NCBI RefSeq assembly: GCF_042660085.1
Contig: NZ_JBHSTI010000008.1
Coordinates: 120,001-152,000 of the forward strand
DNA length: 32,000 nt
Origin: Longivirga aurantiaca
GTDB lineage: Bacteria > Actinomycetota > Actinomycetes > S36-B12 > CAIYMF01
Direction: 5' to 3'
Part shown: positions 27,255 to 32,000 of the stretch, one piece after another
How the letters are laid out: every line of letters begins with the position of its first letter
Position numbering within the stretch: position 1 is the stretch's first letter
Program-made: the position numbers and the translations under genes
The notes under the pieces: generated by a model
What the model was told of the DNA's origin: nothing
The model's input: only the letters and a program-made list of their open reading frames with translations
Databases searched by the model: none

Positions 27255-28304
27255 TCAGAACGACGCGACGACGAGGCCGAGCGACAGCAGCACGGCGTAC
27301 CCCAGCAGCAGCTTGCCCGTGCCCGCGAGCACCGGCACGAGGTCGCGCCCGAGCGCGCCGCCGCGCACGACCTGCGCGGGTCGCAGGGCGAGCGGCAGCG
27401 CGAGGAGCGCGAGCAGCGCCCACCACGTGACGGTCGGCGCGAGGCCGAGCGCGATGCCGAACGGGAGCGCGAGCGAGGCGAGGTACGCCGCCCGCGTGCG
27501 TGCGTCGCCGAGGCGCACGGCCAGCGTGCGCTTGCCGCTGACGGTGTCGGTGGGGATGTCGCGCAGGTTGTTGGCGAGCAGGATGCCGACCGACAGCGAC
27601 CCGCACGCCACGCCACCCGCGACCGCGAGCCACGAGATCGACAACGTCTGCACGTACGTCGTACCCACCACGGCGACGAGGCCGAAGAACACGAACACGA
27701 AGGCCTCGCCGAGCCCGGCGTAGCCGTAGGGGCTCGGGCCGCCGGTGTAGAACCACGCCGCGACGATCGCGGCCGCGCCGACGAGCAGCAGCCACCAGGC
27801 CTGGGTGATGAGCACGAGCGCCAGTCCGGCGAGCGCGGCGACGCCGAACATCGCGAACGCCGCGAGCTTCACCGAGCGCGGGGAGGCGAGGCCCTGGCCG
27901 ACGAGCCGCACCGGGCCGACGCGGGCGTCGTCGGTGCCGCGGATGCCGTCGCTGTAGTCGTTCGCGTAGTTGACGCCCACCTGCAGCGCGAGCGCGACGA
28001 CGAGGGCGAGCACCGCGCGCAGCACGAACTGGACCCAGGTGGTGGCAGCGGTCGCGTCGAGGAGCGGCAGAAGCGACGGGTCGACGGCGAGGTCGATGTT
28101 CGTGACGGTCACGAGCGAGTGGTCAGCGGGAATCCCCACCGGCAGGTCGGTGAGCCTGGCCGCGACCTCGCGGGCGCCGTCGGTCAGCCGGATGAGCGAT
28201 CCGATCTCCCACCAGGCGACCGCCGTACCGACCAGCACGGGGGCGAGCGCCGCCGGGAGGGTGCGTGGGCGTGCGCCCTGCCACCACTGCCCGGGAGTCG
28301 CCAC
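27255..28304 (-). CDS. menA: 1,4-dihydroxy-2-naphthoate polyprenyltransferase
   Basis: Start GTG 28304 (VATPGQWWQGARPRTLPAALAPVLVGTAVAWW). QVGVNYANDYSDGIRGTDDARVGPVRLVGQGLA, LLANNLRDIPTDTVSGKRTLAVRLG. Confidence 0.93.
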   Translation of the reverse strand: MATPGQWWQGARPRTLPAALAPVLVGTAVAWWEIGSLIRLTDGAREVAARLTDLPVGIPADHSLVTVTNIDLAVDPSLLPLLDATAATTWVQFVLRAVLALVVALALQVGVNYANDYSDGIRGTDDARVGPVRLVGQGLASPRSVKLAAFAMFGVAALAGLALVLITQAWWLLLVGAAAIVAAWFYTGGPSPYGYAGLGEAFVFVFFGLVAVVGTTYVQTLSISWLAVAGGVACGSLSVGILLANNLRDIPTDTVSGKRTLAVRLGDARTRAAYLASLALPFGIALGLAPTVTWWALLALLALPLALRPAQVVRGGALGRDLVPVLAGTGKLLLGYAVLLSLGLVVASF

Positions 28305-28412
28305 GGCCGAGATCCTGTCAGCCCGCGCCCCACCCCGCGCGCCACCCCCAGCGCGAGCACGATCACGAGTACGGGTCATGGCGCGCAGCCCAGCCGCCTT
28401 GATCGACCCCAG

Positions 28413-28449
28413 GGGTCAACGAGTGCAGTTGAGGTGCACTCGTCGACCC
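28413..28449 (-). terminator. Intergenic long-stem hairpin between the PLDc_N gene (28481 stop) and menA
   Basis: Arms GGGTCAACGAGTGCA (28413-28427) and TGCACTCGTCGACCC (28435-28449). The single mismatch becomes G-U in the minus-strand RNA. 7-nt loop. Confidence 0.6.
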
Positions 28450-28480
28450 GTAGTCGTGATCTTGAGGCGGCTGGAGCAGG

Positions 28481-28873
28481 TCAGGCGCCGCCGTCCTGCT
28501 GGTTGCGCCTCTGCTCGGCCTCCAGGGCGGCGAGCTTGGCCTCCCACTTCTTGAGCGACTGCTCGTGCTCGCGGTCGATGCGGGCCATCTCGGCCATGAA
28601 GGCGGGGTCGTCCTCGTTGCGCTTGTACGCCGTACGCGGTCGCTCGTCCGCAGGGAAGCCCGAGCCGATCCGCCACTGCCCGCCGGCCGAGGTGCGCACG
28701 GGGCGCCCGGCCACGAGCCACGCGATACCGCCGACCAGCGGCAGAAGGATGATGAGCACGATCCACCACCCCTTCTCGAGGTTGCGGACGAGGTGCGGCG
28801 GCGACTGGATGCAGTCGACGAGGCAGAACACCAGCAGCGCGATCTCGACGAGATACGGCAGAACACGGATCAC
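28481..28873 (-). CDS. PLD nuclease N-terminal domain (PLDc_N) small membrane protein
   Basis: MIRVLPYLVEIALLVFCLVDCIQSPPHLVRNLEKGWWIVLIILLPLVGGIAWLVAGRP...EDDPAFMAEM. Confidence 0.88.
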   Translation of the reverse strand: MIRVLPYLVEIALLVFCLVDCIQSPPHLVRNLEKGWWIVLIILLPLVGGIAWLVAGRPVRTSAGGQWRIGSGFPADERPRTAYKRNEDDPAFMAEMARIDREHEQSLKKWEAKLAALEAEQRRNQQDGGA

Positions 28874-29049
28874 AGCGGAACCCCCGAACGCGGCCCGTCG
28901 CGTCGACCCCCTGCCGCGCGTCCGTCCGAGCCGCGCCGGACGCTACCGGCTCGCGGGGGCCGGAGTCCCGCGCAGCGCCGTCGGTTCACGCGTCCGGCAG
29001 AGGACAGATCGCGCCCCAGGAGGGCGCCTTCTGTCCTGAGCGGGGGAAT

Positions 29050-30237
29050 TCACGCACGGGGGAGTGACCGCAGGGCGGCGCGGTCGGGCTTGCCGTTGGG
29101 CAGCAGGGGTACGGCGTCGATCCGCACCCACGCGCGCGGCACGGCGGCGCGGCCGAGCCGCGCGATCACCGCGGCGCCGAGCGCCTCGGTATCGGACACG
29201 TCCGCGCCCGGGCCTGGCCGCACGACGTACGCCGTGAGCCGCGCGCCCCAGCGGTCGTCCGGCTCGGCCAGCACCACCGCGCCGCCGCACAGGGGACCGA
29301 GCACGTCCTCCACCGCGGTGACCGCGACGTTCACGCCGCCCACCTGCACCACGTCGTCCAGCCGTCCGAGCACCTCGAGCCGACCGTCGACGATCCGCCC
29401 GGCGTCGGGCGTGCGGTGCCAGCCGTCGACGAACGCCTCGGCCGTCGCGACGTCGTCACCGAGGTAGCCGCGGGCGAGCATCGGGCCCGACACCTCGATG
29501 CGGCCGGTGGCCTCGTCGATCCGGAACGACGCGCCCGGCAGCGGCACGCCGTCGTAGACGATGCCGCCGCACGTCTCGGTCATGCCGTACGTCGGCACCG
29601 CGACGACGTGCGCCGCGCGCAGCCGGGCCAGCAGCTCCGGGGGGGTGCGGGCGCCGCCGAGCAGCACGGCGTCGTACGCCTGGAGAGCGGCGAGGCCCTC
29701 GGGGTCGTCGAGCAGGATCGCCGCCTGCGTCGGCACGATCGAGGTGCAGCCCGGCAGCGACGGGTCGAGGCGCCAGGTGGCCGCCGCGAACTCCGCGACG
29801 GTGAAGCGCGACGCACCGCCGACCGACGGCAGCACCTCGGGCTCGGTCGAGCTCATGAGCGAGCGCATCAGCACCTGCAGGCCGCCGACCGACGTGACGG
29901 GCAGCGCCAGGCTCCACGCCGCAGCGCCGCCGACGAGCGTGACCAGCGCGGCCTCGGCGGAGGCGAGCAGGGCCGACGCCGGCAGCAGGACGCCGCGCGG
30001 CGCCCCGGTCGATCCGCTGGTGGCAAGCACGACGGCGATGTCGTCGTCGACGGTGGCCGCGGGATCCGGGAGCACGGCCGCACGTGCCCGCGCGGCAGCG
30101 GGCTCGTCACCGGCGGGAGCGACGGCGAGTGCAGGACCGTCGCCCGCGAGCGCCTCGGGCAGCAGGTCGAGCAGCGCCTCGACCCCGACGGGGCCGGGCA
30201 CGACGTCCACGCGTCGGAGGTCGCGCTGCCTGCTCAC
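29050..30237 (-). CDS. menE: o-succinylbenzoate-CoA ligase (AMP-binding)
   Basis: AVVLATSGSTGAPRGVLLPASALLAS, YGMTETCGGIVYDGVPLPG, GRIVDGRLEVLGRLDDVVQVGGVNV, LPNGKPDRAALRSL. Flanked by menA and menC/menD. Confidence 0.93.
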   Translation of the reverse strand: MSRQRDLRRVDVVPGPVGVEALLDLLPEALAGDGPALAVAPAGDEPAAARARAAVLPDPAATVDDDIAVVLATSGSTGAPRGVLLPASALLASAEAALVTLVGGAAAWSLALPVTSVGGLQVLMRSLMSSTEPEVLPSVGGASRFTVAEFAAATWRLDPSLPGCTSIVPTQAAILLDDPEGLAALQAYDAVLLGGARTPPELLARLRAAHVVAVPTYGMTETCGGIVYDGVPLPGASFRIDEATGRIEVSGPMLARGYLGDDVATAEAFVDGWHRTPDAGRIVDGRLEVLGRLDDVVQVGGVNVAVTAVEDVLGPLCGGAVVLAEPDDRWGARLTAYVVRPGPGADVSDTEALGAAVIARLGRAAVPRAWVRIDAVPLLPNGKPDRAALRSLPRA

Positions 30238-30309
30238 GCCTCTCAGCCTAGGGTTGTCGGTGCAGGCGCTCTCCCGCGACGGGAGGCGCGGACGAGGCGG
30301 AGGACGCGG

Positions 30310-30471
30310 ATGGCCACCGAGGCGCAGCCGACCCCGCCCGTCGACGGCGCGCCGACGCCGGAAGAGCCGACAGCCGACGATGCCCGGGAGCGCACGACGC
30401 AGGAGCGGCTCCGGTCGATCGGCGCGCGGGCGAAGTCGATCTGGTGCGGAATCCTGAGCGGCCTCGGATGA
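30310..30471 (+). CDS. Candidate 53-aa small protein translationally coupled to menC
   Basis: GGAGG 7 nt upstream of ATG 30310; MATEAQPTPPVDGAPTPEEPTADDARERTTQERLRSIGARAKSIWCGILSGLG*. Stop overlaps the menC start (ATGA). Confidence 0.45.
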   Translation: MATEAQPTPPVDGAPTPEEPTADDARERTTQERLRSIGARAKSIWCGILSGLG

Positions 30472-31478
30472 CCCTCACCGTCGACGAGGCGGTGCCGTTC
30501 GCGCTGCCCCTGTCGCGACGTTTCCGTGGCACGACCCTGCGCGAGGGCGTCCTCGTGCGCGTGGGGGACCGGTGGGGCGAGTGGGCGCCGTTCCCCGAGT
30601 ACGACGACGTCACAGCCGCGCGCTGGCTGCGCGCGGCCCTCGAGCAGGCGCGAGGCGACTGGCCGGACGCCGTCCGCTCGTCGGTGCCGGTCAACGCGAT
30701 CGTCCCCGCGCTCGACCCGGCCGAGGTCGGCGCGCTGGTGCTCGACGCCGTCCAGGTCGACGGCTGCACCACGATCAAGGTGAAGGTCGGCGAGCCGGGC
30801 CAGGTCTTCGCCGCCGACGTCGCCCGCATCGCCGAGGTGCGCGCGGTCCTCGACGCCTGCGGTGCGGCCGAGGCGCTGATCCGGGTCGACGTCAACGGCG
30901 CCTGGACCGTCGAGGAGGCCGCCGAGCGACTTGTCGTGCTGGCCGATGTCGCCCTCGGCCTCGAGTACGCCGAGCAGCCGTGCACCACGCTCGCCGAGCT
31001 CGCGGACCTGCGCACGCGGATCGACGTGCCGGTTGCGGTGGACGAGGGCGTGCGCCTCGCGGGCGAGCTCTCCGACCCCGCGCTCGACGCAGTCCGCGAC
31101 GCGGCGGACGTCGTGATCCTCAAGGCCATCCCGCTCGGCGGCGTACGCCGTGCCCTCGAGCTGGCCGAGCGCATCGGTCGACCCGTGACGGTGAGCGGCT
31201 CGCTCGACTCCAGCGTGGGTCTCGCGGCGGGTCTCGCGCTGGCCGGCGCCCTGCCCGACCTCGGGCACGCGTGCGGCCTCGGCACCGGACGGCTGCTCGC
31301 GGCCGACCTCACCGCGCGCACGCTCCTGCCCGAGGACGGCAGACTGTCGGTCGTGCGCCTCGCCCCCGATCCCGACCGGCTCGCCTCCGCCGCAGCTCTG
31401 CTCGCCGACGACCGTCGCGGGTGGTGGGCCGCCCGGCTCGACCGCTGCCTCGCCGTCCTCGAGGAGGGCACCGCATGA
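30468..31478 (+). CDS. menC: o-succinylbenzoate synthase (enolase superfamily)
   Basis: ATG 30468. CTTIKVKVGEPGQ, IRVDVNGAWTVEEA, GLEYAEQPC, RIDVPVAVDEGVR, DVVILKAIPLGGVRRA, VSGSLDSSVGLAAGLALAG. Confidence 0.94.
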   Translation: MTLTVDEAVPFALPLSRRFRGTTLREGVLVRVGDRWGEWAPFPEYDDVTAARWLRAALEQARGDWPDAVRSSVPVNAIVPALDPAEVGALVLDAVQVDGCTTIKVKVGEPGQVFAADVARIAEVRAVLDACGAAEALIRVDVNGAWTVEEAAERLVVLADVALGLEYAEQPCTTLAELADLRTRIDVPVAVDEGVRLAGELSDPALDAVRDAADVVILKAIPLGGVRRALELAERIGRPVTVSGSLDSSVGLAAGLALAGALPDLGHACGLGTGRLLAADLTARTLLPEDGRLSVVRLAPDPDRLASAAALLADDRRGWWAARLDRCLAVLEEGTA

Positions 31479-32000
31479 ACCCCAGCACGGCGATGGCGCG
31501 GGTCCTGGTCGACGAGCTCGTCGCCGGGGGGGTGACCGAGGTCGTGCTCGCGCCCGGCAGCCGCAGCGCGGCGCTCGCGATCGCGCTCGCCGAGGCCGAT
31601 GAGCGCGACGACCTGCGTCTGCACGTGCGCGTGGACGAGCGCAGCGCGGGCTTCCTCGCCCTCGGTCTCGCCAAGGTGGCCAAGGAGCCGGTCGCCGTCG
31701 TGACGACCAGCGGCACCGCCGTCGCCAACCTGCTGCCCTCACTGGTGGAGGCGTCGTACGCCGGGGTGCCGGTGATCGTCATCAGCGCAGACCGGCCGGC
31801 CGAGCTCCGCGACACCGGTGCGCACCAGACGATCGACCAGGTGAAGATCTTCGGCACCACCGTGCGCTGGTCGACCGAGGTGGCCGTGGCCGAGGCGCGC
31901 GTGGGCCAGGTGCGCTACTGGCGCTCGGTCGTGGCGCGCGCGATCTCGGTGGCGACCGAGGTCGGCTCGTCGGGGCCCGTGCACCTCAACGTCGCGTTCC
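31475..32000 (+). CDS. menD: 2-succinyl-5-enolpyruvyl-6-hydroxy-3-cyclohexene-1-carboxylate synthase, 3' truncated by window edge
   Basis: ATG 31475 overlaps the menC stop. STAMARVLVDELVAGGVTEVVLAPGSRSAALAIALAEA, LRLHVRVDERSAGFLALGLAK, VAVVTTSGTAVANLLPSLVEASYAGVPVIVISADRPAELRDTGAHQTIDQ, GPVHLNVAF. Absent from the supplied track because no stop falls in the window. Confidence 0.96.
   Translation, partial: MNPSTAMARVLVDELVAGGVTEVVLAPGSRSAALAIALAEADERDDLRLHVRVDERSAGFLALGLAKVAKEPVAVVTTSGTAVANLLPSLVEASYAGVPVIVISADRPAELRDTGAHQTIDQVKIFGTTVRWSTEVAVAEARVGQVRYWRSVVARAISVATEVGSSGPVHLNVAF

Noticed and set aside
26269-28873. The two PLDc_N proteins (26269..26625 and 28481..28873) as a phospholipase D system
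   Set aside because: Both are only the short N-terminal membrane segment with no HKD catalytic motif. Small stand-alone PLDc_N proteins are common in actinobacteria.
1-32000. CRISPR array, tRNA/rRNA genes, phage, toxin-antitoxin or defence islands
   Set aside because: No regularly spaced repeats, no recognisable RNA gene signatures, and all sizeable intervals are accounted for by housekeeping genes. No support found.

Overview
High-GC actinobacterial chromosomal window, most likely Nocardioidales-like, with housekeeping content. Gene order, from memory, resembles M. tuberculosis Rv0498-Rv0555: sugar isomerase, proC, BldC-like HTH, bS22, epimerase, acyltransferase, HAD phosphatase, glutaredoxin-like, hemA-C-D-B-L, phosphoglycerate-mutase-like, tlpA/ccdA/resB/ccsB, menA, menE, menC, menD. 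Lineage-variable genes in this frame are proline dehydrogenase, acuC, a reductase/HxlR/thioesterase cassette, an AMP-ligase, bfd-bfr and an acyl-ACP desaturase. I see no CRISPR array, tRNA or rRNA, transposase, phage genes or defence system, and no clear novel multi-gene system. The best second-look items are non-coding or small-scale: (1) an AT-rich 77-bp inverted repeat (7893-7969) with perfect 22-nt inner arms, whose two strands both read as near-identical 17-codon mini-ORFs (MxAxxVRLYWMKxxFIQ*); (2) a canonical Rex operator on the rex-hemACD promoter with a perfect CRP/GlxR-type TGTGA-N6-TCACA palindrome upstream; (3) a bacterioferritin whose expected ferroxidase His appears to be Asp; (4) a roughly 53-aa insertion in MenA; (5) a degenerate SUMT domain in HemD; and (6) candidate leaderless promoters, operators and terminator hairpins.
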